Assembly: GCA_001643675.2 (NCBI GenBank) | Contig: LSRY02000036.1 | Location: 186,001 to 250,000 of the forward strand | Length of the DNA stretch: 64,000 bases | Direction of reading: 5' to 3' | Source: Monocercomonoides exilis PA203 | Lineage: Eukaryota; Protista; Preaxostyla | Part shown: one piece after another, positions 1 through 11,892 of the stretch | Layout: the number at the start of each line of letters is the position of its first letter | Position numbering within the stretch: the first letter of the stretch is position 1 | The notes under the pieces: model-generated | Told to the model about the DNA's origin: nothing | The model's database searches: none | The model's input: only the letters and a program-made list of their open reading frames with translations | Translations under genes and position numbers: made by a program

Positions 1-1058
1 TCAGAAAATACAAGAGAAAAATGAAGAAGGAAGAAAAATCAAAAATATAAATGAGAATAAAAAGAAGAGGGGTTGGTGAATGAAGAGAAAAAGAAAAAGG
101 AAAAGACAATGAAAGAACTTTTGATTGGATTGAAGGAGAAGACGGAGAAGGAGAAGAGGGAGAGAAAGAAGCAGGTGATGATGATGGATATGACGACAAT
201 GTTGCAAAGAGCTCGTTCAATGGCAAATGACAAGTGGCAAGTGGCAGAGATTTTGATAGGAATCCTGAGGATGAGTGGGAAGCAGCCGGTTCCTTCGTTT
301 TTTGAGCTGATTTGAAACATTGTTTTCCTCAATTGCCTCTTCAAATGTGTCTATTTACCAGACTTCTGATGCTGTTTGCTCGGCTCTTTCGGAGCCTTCG
401 CTTCGAATAAAAGAGAAAATTCAAGTCATTCTCTTCATCATCATCATCATCTTCTTCTTCTTCTTCCTCATCTTCTTCCTCTTCTTCTTCCTCTTCTTCT
501 TCCTCATCTTCTTCCTCTTCCTCTTCCTCTTTTCTTTCTTCTTCGTCTTTATCTTCTTTTTATTCAAAATTCTCAACTTTATTTCAATCATTTTTGATTT
601 CCACTTTTTCTTCTTCTTTTTAAAGAAATATTTCTTATTTCAAAATCTTCGTAAAAAGTCCATCATCTCAAATGTACAATTCAATTTTGATTTTTTTTTA
701 TTCTTCTCTCTTTCTCTTTCTCTCTCAATCTTCAAGGGATACATCAAAACTCTCATCAGAATATCTTCCTCTTCTCCGATTTTCAAATTAAACATTTTTG
801 TTCCCAACAGATGCTGTAAACGGATTGTTTTAACTTTTGGAAATGGAAATGTTGAAAAATGAGGAAACAGGCAGAGGAAAGCGTTTGGATTGAACGTTTC
901 TCTAAACTTGAAGCAGCATAAACGTTGTTGTTAGCTGTTTTTGTTGCATTTTCAACATTCGCTGAGGGTTTCTGATACTCCTCGAAAGCAAAGGAAGCAT
1001 TGCGAAAACACAATTTTTGTTCCAATGAGCTGAAAAGAGGTTGTTTTGAGAAAACCAT
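1..1058 (-). pseudogene. Fragmented low-complexity coding remnant with poly-Glu/Asp tract
   Basis: Minus-strand GAA/GAG/GAT-rich tract at ~425-560 and short broken ORFs (783..1058, 39..344); no recognisable domain. Confidence 0.3.
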
Positions 1059-1351
1059 GCAAAGAATGAATGAAGAATTTGAAATGGTAAATGTTTGTTA
1101 ACTCATTTTGGGAAGAACTTTGGTGAAAGAAAGAAGAAAATGGAGAAATTCATGATTTGAATTATTTTCATTTGAAAAAACAAAAATTGAATCTTTTTTT
1201 TTTTTTGTTATTTCTTCACTTCATTTTGATGAATCTGGATAATAAATCACTTTTAAAGCAAACATATGAAAATTAATTTTTGTACCGTTTTGTGAAATGA
1301 TTAAAAAAGAGAAAATTGAAAATAAAGAGTGACAAAATACAAAGAATTTCC

Positions 1352-2770
1352 TCAAATATTCACAAAATAATCTGAAATTTTCAACGATAGTCCAAGATAA
1401 TATCGTCTGTTTAAAATCTTTAAAGTTTCATGAAAGCTAATGATGGTATCTTCGTATCCTTCTTCCTCCAGCTTTTTAAATGTCTCCATTTTTGTTGCCT
1501 TTCTTTCCTCTTCTTCCTTTTCATCTTTCTCCTCTTCTTCCAATCGATTTGAAACATTCTTAAAGAATTGCAAGCATTCATTTGCCATGCCTTCATTCAA
1601 TGTTTGTCTCTGAATCCTCTCCAAAACAGCTTTCACAGCTCCTCCTTTCATCAAGTCATAAACTTTCACAACTCTATTTTCCACCGCATTTATCAAGGGA
1701 TATGTGCACCAGAGATCAATTTCTCTGTGATTATCATTTGATGCTCGAAATACATAGGAAATGCTGCTTAAAATCTCAGCAAATTCTTCATTCTGCAATT
1801 GGCACCCGCTAAAATAAACGTTCGACGTTTGCAGCCATCTCATCAATGAAAGCTCTTCTTTCCTTTCTTCTTTGCTCATTTCCTCTTTTTTCTTCTTCCA
1901 ATTCACATTTCTTGTGAGCTCTTCCAATTCTCTTGCTGCTTCTCTTCCAAAATGCAGCTCATTCACAATAGTATCTTCCAAGCTATTGTCAACAAAAAGT
2001 CGATAATTCAAAAAACTCCAAGCAAACTGATAGGCAAGTTTAGTGAGATTTCTGTGTTTCTGCTGATGTTTGATGATTTCTGTAATTTCCTTCAAATATA
2101 GTTCTTGCTTCATTTCCTAATTAGAAATAAAGGGGAAAAAAGCAAGCATAATAAAAATGAAAAAGAAGTGCTCATACACCATATCCCATTTCGCTCAAAG
2201 TTAGCAAAGCCATTTCCACTTCTGTTTGAACTTCCTCGTTTTCCTCTTTGTGCAATGCAGCTTTCAGAAGGCAAGGTACGCAAATTGAAAGCAATTCGGG
2301 TGTGAAGCTGCAGCTTAGAAAAATATAGCATTCACACAGATCAACAAAAAGCTTTTCATTCTTTTCTTCTTTTTTCTTTTCTTCTTCAAAAATCATCCTC
2401 TCAAATCTTCTTTTCAATTCAGAATTATAAAAACCATTACTCCTCACGTTTTTCAGGGTCTTCAAATATCCAATATGCTTCATCAGCAAAATTGCATTTT
2501 CCATTGTCATTTTCTCTTCTTCAATCATTTTATCAACTTTATTGAACAGATATGGAGTGAAAACGGATCTATGTTCTTCTTCATTCATTCCATCAATTAT
2601 TTCATTCATTTCTCCTATTTTCTTTCTCTGCTCATCTTCATTGCTATGCTCCAGTTCACAAAACAATTCTTCAAATAAATAAAGAATAAATTAAATCACA
2701 ATAATCATGAATTCAAATTCAATAACAAGTACAAACCATTAAACCTTTTGATTCTACTCGTTGTCTGCAT
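1352..2770 (-). CDS. Lineage-specific Glu/Lys-rich helical (ARM-like) hypothetical protein, 3 exons
   Basis: ATG at 2770 (MQTTSRIKRFN), an intron starting GTTTGT and ending TGAAG, then ELFCELEH.... A second 61-nt phase-0 intron at 2117..2177 (GTATGA...CTAATTAG) joins GYG to EMKQELY in frame. TGA at 1352. Resembles an expanded oxymonad family (recognition only). Confidence 0.75.
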
Positions 2771-5025
2771 TTTTGAAAGCAAATTGCAGACAGAAAACAA
2801 CGAAAATTCGCCATTTGATTTGAATTCAGATATCATTGGAAAGAAGAAATCGGCGCAAAATATTAACTCAAAGCAACCATGAAAGCATAAGTTGTTATAC
2901 CATTTTGCGATGTTAGGGATATTTGGCAAGTTGTTTCAAACAAACAAAGAAAGAAAAAACGATAAATCTTTTTTTGTGTTTGCAGTAATGGATATTCAGA
3001 TCATCAGATTTGAAAGAACAAAAATATTCCATGTTAAAATGAGAGACGGTGAACAAATATTTTCTGCGGAGTGGGCGATATTATTTTGAGAGGCTTCACC
3101 AAACAGCGACTTCAAGGTGTCGATGATGGAATTGTGCGAGATGGTTTTTATGAAAAGCATCTTTGAAGGAAATTCATTTTCCTAAATATCATATGAAAAT
3201 TTTGATGTTTGCATTTTTTATCGGTTTTGTTCATTTCAAAGATGTTTCCATCTGTGACCTTCTCAAAGTTCAGGAATCTGAAAAATTATAAAAATGTACA
3301 TTCCTTTGCTATTTCTGAGGAGAACATCAGAAGAGAGCTTGCAGAGAGACAATCAGCAGATGTGAATTGCAAATCTTTTGCATACAAATGGGAGAGGAGA
3401 TGAAAATATATTTTTTTTCAAAGTATTTTGATGAGAGCGAAAATGTATGACAACAATTGGACAGTTATTGGAAAAAGTAAAATTCGGAGATATTTTTTTT
3501 CAGAAAAAAGGTGGATGATAACATCAAAAGCAGAATATTTGTGGGGAATAAAGGATGATGGAGAAAGGAGCACTGAGAAACAATGGAAAAGGAGATTGAC
3601 AGCATCAGTGATTGGACAATCCTCTGCATTTGCGATAGAAAGGACAGGTGTGTTCTTTTGAGGTATTTTAATAATCAATGCAAGAATAATTATTTTTATT
3701 TTATATCTTTTTATTTCCATTCCAATGAACAGCATTTTTCATGTTGAGCGTCATTTTCAGGAACGATCCATTTCAAGCAGCATTTTTGCGGATTGTTTGG
3801 TTTCTTCTCCTTCTCCTTCGATCTCTTCATTGACTATATTTAATGCTTGGCTGATCAAAAGAGCAGCTTCTTCTAATTTGAGAATTTTGTTGTTTGAATA
3901 TCCATCATATTCTCATGTTGCAACGCACAATGAAACTGCTGTCTGTTGCTGCTGTTGGCTGTTATGAAATTCGAATCCATTCAATATTTCTTCATTTTCT
4001 TCAAGTGGGTCTTGTTCACATTTGTCGCCCAGCTCGTCCAAAGAGCATCATCGAACTGATGCATTCACGCATCTCAATCTGCTATTCCGCAGAATTGAGC
4101 AAATAATTTCTTTGTTTGCTTTTCTTCGTCTGGGCTTATCAGGCACAGAATTATCCTTCTTTTCATACACGATTCTCGTGACGAAAAAAAAAGGCAATTT
4201 GAATGAATTCATTCATTTCATTAAAATCGTCTTCTTCTTCAGCATCTTCTTCGATTTGAAACAACAAATGTTTTTACATTTGTTTTATTCGGCTCCTGTC
4301 AAATTCAGCTCCAGGCCTTGTCTTTCATTTCTGTGCAGAAAGACAAAAGAAATATTTATTCTATCATGGAATATCAGCAGAAATTATGAGACAACGAAAT
4401 GGAAGAAACTTTTACGGGAGAATAGCCAATCATCAGGTGCACAATCCAAGGTGATCGAACCGACTTTTTTTCCATTTGGAAGATGAAAGAATTCACAGAT
4501 AATTGAAGGAGCAGGGCAGAAGATGTTATTTGGAATGAATGATTGTGTGGATGTTCTTCGAGAGATTGTATAATATCATGCACCTTCAGTGAGCCATTGA
4601 AGATGAAGCAAAGAGAGAAAGCGATTAAGAGGAAAATTCATATTCGACGGATAATTCTATGAGATATGAGCACAAATCTGTGAAGGGAAAGATGAAGTGG
4701 GTTGAAACAAAAGCAATAGACATATTTTACAAACCATCAAAAATGATTGAAGAATATCTTTTTGAAGAGAAGAAATAGATGGTTCCTTTAAGCAACAAGC
4801 AGAATTTGCATTTGATGAAAAGGAGAAATTAGAAGAAATGAAGAAGAAATATATTTATATGATCCTCTGTTGGACTTATCGAAAGACAAGTAATGATAAT
4901 ACTTCAGTTGAAAAGAAGATGAAAGCTTGCGAATTTTACAACGATATGGAAAAATATCAGAATTAGAAGAAGAAATAATTGGGAAAGCCAAAAGATTTAT
5001 TCTCTGAATAAGGAAGAAATTATTA

Positions 5026-5420
5026 TTATGAAATCGGAAAACGTTCATTATTTCCTGTGATTTTTGTGTCAACCGCGCTGAATGTGAGTGTTTGAGTGGA
5101 AGTGAAGGAAGAGATAAGAAGAGTGAGGGAGGCGTCTTGGAGGAGGGAAATGAAGCCAGTGAGGGCATACTCGATGGTGGCACATGGGGTCTGCTGGGGT
5201 CTGCCACAGGCATCAGCATCAGTTCCATTGCTTGCAACGACTTTGTTCTGGGCAATGAGGGGGAGCCAGCCATTGTACACATCGCTATCAGCTGTATTGT
5301 TATTCCAAACTCTTTTTGATGGGGTTGTTGAACCACAATTCTCGAATGAAGATTGAGTGATATCGCTTCCATTGAAAAATACATCGCTTCCTTTGCCATT
5401 TTTTGCGATATTACCATCCT
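5026..5420 (-). pseudogene. Fragment of expanded surface/beta-helix-like protein family
   Basis: GKGSDVFF...VVASNGTDADACG...PCATIEYAL parallels GHDVCF...YVGVGGND..CG...PCKTV in the 59570..60784 ORF; truncated at both ends. Confidence 0.5.
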
Positions 5421-5942
5421 GAAAAAAGAGTGAGATGAATTTGCTTATTTCTTTTTCATTCCTCATTGAATATAAAAGTGAAATAAATGTTCTCTTTTCA
5501 GAAATGCAATTTAATGAAGTTCATCTTATTTATTACATGAAACAAATTGGTGCAATTACAATTTTTTCTTCGTATTGACTTGAAAACGAGTTTCACAAAA
5601 CTTAAGCCTTGCAAATATGCATAATATATTTTTTAATTAAAAATTCCGTTAAATAAAGCACATCAATCTTTCAAGAATCATTGATATTTTAATGCTTAAT
5701 TATTATTCGTTTATTGTTCATATGCAAATGCATATATATGAAATAACATTTGATTGTTTTTAGGGATATTGTTTGCGAATGTTATTTTCTGAACAAGAAG
5801 ATGAAATATGATCATAATGGGAGAAATTAAAGCCCATAACATATTATTTGAATATTTTGATCAAATATGTTGTTTGCTCTAAGTACGAGAAAGCTGCGAT
5901 CAACAATTGTTTGTTGTTGCTCTGTGTAACATAAACCATAGA

Positions 5943-8174
5943 ATGAGCAACAATATTTGTACAATTAACGTTGTGACAGAAAACAAAACGGATCCTTTTG
6001 AAATGATTTATGATCCAACAGAAAAGGATGAGGTGGGGAAAACAAAGGCAATGCGTTATATATCCGAGGCAAAAAAGGAACCTCCAGAATGGATGAGACA
6101 TGATGCCACACTTACCGATAAGAGCGGAAGGACAATGGCCATGCATTGGATAAAGAATATCAAAACAGAACCACAAGAATGGATGAGGCATGACATCACA
6201 CTTAAAGATAGAGGGGGAAGAACAATGGCCATGTTGTGGATCGAATGTGTTAAAACAGAGCCACCAGAATGGATGAGACATGACATAACACTAAATGATA
6301 ACTCGGGATGGACATTGGCCATGACGTGGATTTATCACTTAAGAACTGAACCGCCTGAATGGATGAGACATGACGTTGCCATTTCAAACATGAATGGAGC
6401 AACAATGGCAATGTATTGGATTGCTTATGTTGGAACAGAACCACCAGAATGGATGAGACATGGTCCTTCACTTGCCGATAAAGATGGACTTACAATGGAA
6501 ATGCTGTGGGAATTGCTATTACTGAGTGAACCACCAGAGTGGATGAAATGTCACTCTGTAACCAATCAGACACAAAGAAAAGAAAGAGAAATGTTTGGAG
6601 AAAGAAATTTTGAGTATATAAAGCAAAAATGGTTAAAGAATATCATTCTCTCAAATATGGGCGAAACAACATTTGCATTTTACTGGATAAAAAATGTGAA
6701 AACAGAACCACCAGAATGGATGAGGCACAACGCTTCGCTGAAAGACAAGGATGGTAGGACAATGGCAATGCTGTGGATTCAATTTGTGAATACAGAACCG
6801 CCAGAATGGATGAGGCATGATGCTACACTTGCTGATAAGGACGGGTGGACAATGGCCATGCTGTGGATTCAGTTTGTTCAAACAGAACCACCAGAGTGGA
6901 TGAGACATGACATCACACTTCGCAACAATAACGGAGCAACAATGGCCATGCTGTGGATTGAAAATGTAAAAACGGACCCACCAGAATGGATGAGGCATGG
7001 CATTACACTTACAGAAAAGAACGGATACACAATGGCGATGATATGGATTGAAAATGTCAAAACAGAGCCGCCTGAATGGATGAGACATAACACAACACGA
7101 GAAGATATCATTATAAGCACGAAGAATCAATTTGAGAATCCATTCGCTATATCATTTAATAATCCGTTTAAGAGTCAATTTGCGAATCCATTTGAAAGAA
7201 ATTTGAAGAATCCATTCGGTATTTACTGTGAAGCTGCAAAGCTGTCAAAAGCTAAGGTGAGCAATATAACACAAGCTAATAAGAAAGGAAGCACAATGGC
7301 CATGATATGGATTGAAAATGTGAAAACAGAACCTCCAGAATGGATGAGACATGATGCCACACTTACAAATACAAACGGGGAGACGATGGCCATGCAATGG
7401 ATTATTTGTGTGAAGACAGACCCGCCTGAATGGATGAGGCATGGTACAACACTAAAAGATAGAGGGGGAAGAACAATGGCTATGATATGGATTTATAATG
7501 TCAAAACAGAACCACCAGAATGGATGAGGCATGACATTACACTTGCTGATAAGGACGGATTAACAATGGCAATGCTGTGGACTTATCATGTTAAAACAGA
7601 ACCACCAGAATGGATGAGACATATCAAAACGATGGGCAATAAAGATGGAACAACGATGGCAATGTTGTGGATTAAAGAAGTTAAGACAGAACCGCCAGAA
7701 TGGATGAGAAATGAAATTGTATTTGGTGATAAATGGGAAAGAACAATGGCTATGTTATGGATCGAAGCTGTAAAAGCAGAGCCACCAGAATGGATGAGAC
7801 ATGAAAGCGCGCTTGTAGACAAAATGGGGCTTACAATGGCAATGAAGTGGATTCGAGATGTCAGAACAGAGCCACCAGAATGGATGAGACACGACGTAAC
7901 ACTTAGCGACAAGAATGGGCAAACAATGGCCATGTGGTGGATAAGATTTATAAGAACTGAACCTCCAGAATGGATAAGACATGATATAATTCTTGGCAAT
8001 AACAATGGAACAACGATGGCAATGTACTGGATTGTTTACGTTGGAATAGAACCACCGGAATGGATGAGACATAAAAACTCTCAAAAAGATAACAACGGAA
8101 AAATGATGATCAACTATTGGGCACAACATGTTGATAATAAGCCACCATTGTGGATGAAAAAGTATGAACCATAA
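5943..8174 (+). CDS. Intronless tandem-repeat protein, 21 x 30-aa ankyrin-like repeats (xTMAMxWIxxVKTEPPEWMRHDxxLxDxxG)
   Basis: 2.2-kb open frame, first ATG 5943, TAA 8174. Three blocks of 6+5+10 repeats; the second spacer has 4 NPF motifs. Confidence 0.85.
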   Translation: MSNNICTINVVTENKTDPFEMIYDPTEKDEVGKTKAMRYISEAKKEPPEWMRHDATLTDKSGRTMAMHWIKNIKTEPQEWMRHDITLKDRGGRTMAMLWIECVKTEPPEWMRHDITLNDNSGWTLAMTWIYHLRTEPPEWMRHDVAISNMNGATMAMYWIAYVGTEPPEWMRHGPSLADKDGLTMEMLWELLLLSEPPEWMKCHSVTNQTQRKEREMFGERNFEYIKQKWLKNIILSNMGETTFAFYWIKNVKTEPPEWMRHNASLKDKDGRTMAMLWIQFVNTEPPEWMRHDATLADKDGWTMAMLWIQFVQTEPPEWMRHDITLRNNNGATMAMLWIENVKTDPPEWMRHGITLTEKNGYTMAMIWIENVKTEPPEWMRHNTTREDIIISTKNQFENPFAISFNNPFKSQFANPFERNLKNPFGIYCEAAKLSKAKVSNITQANKKGSTMAMIWIENVKTEPPEWMRHDATLTNTNGETMAMQWIICVKTDPPEWMRHGTTLKDRGGRTMAMIWIYNVKTEPPEWMRHDITLADKDGLTMAMLWTYHVKTEPPEWMRHIKTMGNKDGTTMAMLWIKEVKTEPPEWMRNEIVFGDKWERTMAMLWIEAVKAEPPEWMRHESALVDKMGLTMAMKWIRDVRTEPPEWMRHDVTLSDKNGQTMAMWWIRFIRTEPPEWIRHDIILGNNNGTTMAMYWIVYVGIEPPEWMRHKNSQKDNNGKMMINYWAQHVDNKPPLWMKKYEP

Positions 8175-8753
8175 AAAGCAGATTTCAGAGATAGATGTTA
8201 ATTTCTGAAGAAAAGTTTTTTGATAATGCATACATAAGTTAAAAGTCAAATAATAATTCCGAACATTAAATAACACTTTTATTTTTTCAAAAGAACAACT
8301 ACATATTTAAAAAGGCATGAGCATATCTTTATTATTCTGATGCATACAAAAATTCAAAATAAAATTAACGTTTATGTAAAAATTTTTTGGTAATACAGCA
8401 AGAAAAAGTTACTATTTTTTGTTTTAAAAAAATTTTCTTTTCGTGAAATTTTCGTATCTTGTGAAAAATGTCATTTTCACATGGCTAAACCAAATAGGAT
8501 CTTTGATGAAAAGTCAATTTTTGTTAAAAATAATGAATATAATTTAATCGAAAATGATTGTAGTTGGTATTTCACCATGTGCAAGATGCATATTCACTTA
8601 TGCACAGAATTGATGAGATTGAAAAACCAATTAGCGTCAAAAAATAGTATCATATTAGATTTGTCAGAGATGCAAAAAATTCGATAGTTTCATTCATGAT
8701 GAGATTTTGAAAATATGTAAAAGCCCCTTGAAGTTTCTTTTTTTATATTTCTA

Positions 8754-9737
8754 GGGTTACACTTTTACTCTGACCTATATTTTTTCCCCCACCTTTTTTT
8801 TGTGGAGCTGGCTACGGCTTAATACAGGCCTGTAGCCAACAAAAAATAACTAGAAATGTTTATTTTAATAAATTTAACTTATACAGAAAAAATTTTTTAA
8901 CAATTTTTTTTTTAACTTTGAGATCTCGGTATTTTTTATTTTTATTTTTTGATCATTAAATTGATGGTCTTTCCATGAATATAACATTCTGGAAGTTTTA
9001 AGCTACACCATCATTTCACATCTTATCCTTTTTATTGGTTTTAAAACTTTTCACATTTCACAAGTTTCTTTTTCACCTGTTTTCTCATTTCATCGACTTT
9101 TCGAAAAAATGAAAATATAAATTGAATTAAAAACAATTTTTAAATTTAATAAGCTGTATCTCATTTTAAATCATTATATTATTGCACACTCACATTATAA
9201 TTTGCTGAAAAAATGTTACTGGTTGGAAAAATTAAAACTTCCGAAATTGATGTTTTTCATTTTTCTATTAAACATCAAATTTTCAAAACTTTTTTGTACA
9301 TCTATAGAATTAACTTTTTGATACAAAAAAAGGATTATCTTTAAAATTTTCAAAATTTCATCATTCTTCATGAAATCTCATTTATTCGAAAAGAATATGA
9401 AATGAGAAAACAGGTGAAAAAGAAACTTGTGAAATGTGAAAAGTTTTAAAACCAATAAAAAGGATAAGATGTGAAATGATGGTGTAGCTTAAAACTTCCA
9501 GAATGTTATATTCATGGAAAGACCATCAATTTAATGATCAAAAAATAAAAATCAAAAATACCGAGATCTCAAAGTGAAGAATTTTTCGTTAAAAAAATTT
9601 TTTCGGCATAAATAAATTTTATTAAAATAAACATTTCTAGTTATTTTTTGTTGGCTACAGGCCTGTATAAAGCCGTAGCCAGCTCCACAAAATAAAAGAT
9701 GGGGGTTAAAAAAGGGTCAGAGGTTAAAGTGCAACCG
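8754..9737. mobile_element. MITE with ~340-bp TIRs and TA target duplication (Tc1/mariner-type, non-autonomous)
   Basis: Arms 8754..9093 and 9397..9737 are inverted complements; termini TA|GGGTTACAC ... GTGCAACCG|TA; non-coding core. Confidence 0.85.
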
Positions 9738-9884
9738 TATGTTGGTGATTATAATTGATATCATTACTTTTTTCGAGGTGCTGTTTATTCAAAGGTTGTT
9801 TGTCATTGGGAAGAGATTTCGAATTTGAATGCTCTAATTATCACAAATGGGTGAAAATTTGAAACTTCAAGCTCCTTCATTTAA

Positions 9885-9940
9885 AAATTATGCACTTTTT
9901 ATTGTCGTTTTGTGATCAAAAAACATGATAAAAATCTGTT

Positions 9941-10033
<93 letters not shown>

Positions 10034-10205
10034 AAATTCATGTGATGTCACAAAACATTGTGTTGGAGAATCAATGATATCAGTTTATTGATATGAGAAT
10101 CTAATTTATTCTGAAATCTGAGAAAGTGAAAATATAGTTATGAGCGAAACTATTTTTTTTATGATTGTGTATAAAAAGCTTGAAAGTCCGTATTTTCCTC
10201 CATCT
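9885..10205 (+). repeat. Dispersed repeat copy containing an ~85-nt poly-T tract (9946..10032)
   Basis: AAAAATTATGCACTTTT...GATCAAAAAAC and GAAATCTGAGAAAG...AAAGTCCGTATTTTCC recur in the same orientation at ~28000..28240. Confidence 0.7.
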
Positions 10206-11199
10206 GAGTTTAAGTGTGATTGTTTTTGAAATCATAAGTTTTTTACGGAGTGTTGACTCTTCAGAGGTTTCATTTTTTTGTAGAATATTTATTCATTCAA
10301 AAAGAAAAAACACAACAATTGTCTCAAATGAAGATGAATGAGAATATATTTCTTTAATAAAAAATTTCGGATGGAGTTATATCCATCAAGTGTTTATTGA
10401 TTAATATTCAAAGATTATTTTCTAACCGATATTTTTTCTCAGAAAAAATATGATTTCAAAAATAAATACGAATATCTCTGGATAAAAATGTCAATTAAAA
10501 CAGTTTCTTAGTAATTGTCTGTGAATTGAGAGACAATATCCTGTTGGGCTAGCTTGATGAGGTCATGCAATTTATGAATCAAAAACAGAAACCTGTTAAA
10601 AATTGGAGGAGAGGAGAAGATTGTGAAGAAAGACGAAGCTGAATGGAGAGAAGGAAATACAATAATAGAAGAAAGAAAATGATTGCGTGGATTTTCGGAG
10701 TAGTCAAAAGGCTGGAAGATGGAAAAATAGATGATTGATTTGTGAAGATTGTGCAAAATAGAATCAAAGATACACTGATACCAATAATTCTGGATCACAC
10801 AAAAATTGAGACACACTTTTATTCTGAAGAATGGAAAACTCATCACTGTTTATGAAAGATTTTCTATTAAACAACCAACTGTCTAACACAAGCGGAAATT
10901 CTTCAATAAAGAAAATAAAGCATGCGCAAACACCATGAACTGTTCATTGAAGCACAAAAGGTAATCTTTCATTCTGACAAGTTTGAGATAAAAGTAATTT
11001 GTTGATAATATTGAAATGTTTTTGAGAAAAAGCTTTTTGAGATAATAATTTGTGCATGCAACTAAAAAAATGAATTCATAATGAGCATGAATTAATTATT
11101 GATGAAGAATTTCAAACAATAGAAGTAATTTTAAAAAGATTTTATAAATATTGATGATGAGAATTTTTTTAAAGATGAAAATGATTTTGGTGCATATTA

Positions 11200-11577
11200 C
11201 AGTTTGCGCATAAAATCCCGGACATTGCAAAAATTTCTGGACAAGATCGATTTCACAATAACTGCAAGAGGAATAATCCTGTTAATTTTCCTCAAAATAT
11301 ACCTCATCAATACTAACTCAGTTGATTAGCGAGACTTTTAAAATAGCTTCATTTGTGCTCAGAGAAAATTATTAATTATATTTCGGAGAAATAGAATTTT
11401 GAGTTTCTCCAAGATTTTGATATATATTTTTTCTGAGCATAAATGAAGCTGCTTTGAAAGTTTTGAATATCAAATGAGTTTGTATTAATAAGATGTACTT
11501 TGAGGAAAATTGTCAGAATCATTCCTCTTGAAGTTTTTGTGAAATCGATCTTATCCCTGTAATTTTAACGCAAACTG
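11200..11577. mobile_element. Diverged foldback MITE, CAG...CTG ends, TA TSD (Tc1/mariner-type)
   Basis: TA|CAGTTTGCG ... CGCAAACTG|TA; internal inverted matches such as AAGATCGATTTCAC/GTGAAATCGATCTT and GCTTCATTTGTGCTCAGA/TCTGAGCATAAATGAAGC. Confidence 0.75.
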
Positions 11578-11892
11578 TACTTATGAAGGCATTGTGAAAA
11601 ATCTTCTCACGTTTCATTCAGTTTGTTGTATCGTGCTTAAATAACAAATATAGAAGTTTATTTGTTTTCATTCTATCATTGAAAGTTTTTTTCAGTTTCT
11701 TTTTTGATAAATATTTTTTTATTTACTTTGATTATTTTTTGCGAAGAATGCGTTGAAATATTTAATTTTGTAAATTGATGATCACTTTGATGAAAAAAAA
11801 AGTCAATCCGAATAGCAAACAAAATTTCTATTTTGTCCATTTTTTCTATTCAACCATTATTATATTAATCAATTTATTGAAGATTGTTTTTG

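Noticed and set aside
6000-8100. 90-bp periodic repeats as a CRISPR-like array
   Set aside because: Variation is codon-structured within one open frame; this is a protein repeat.
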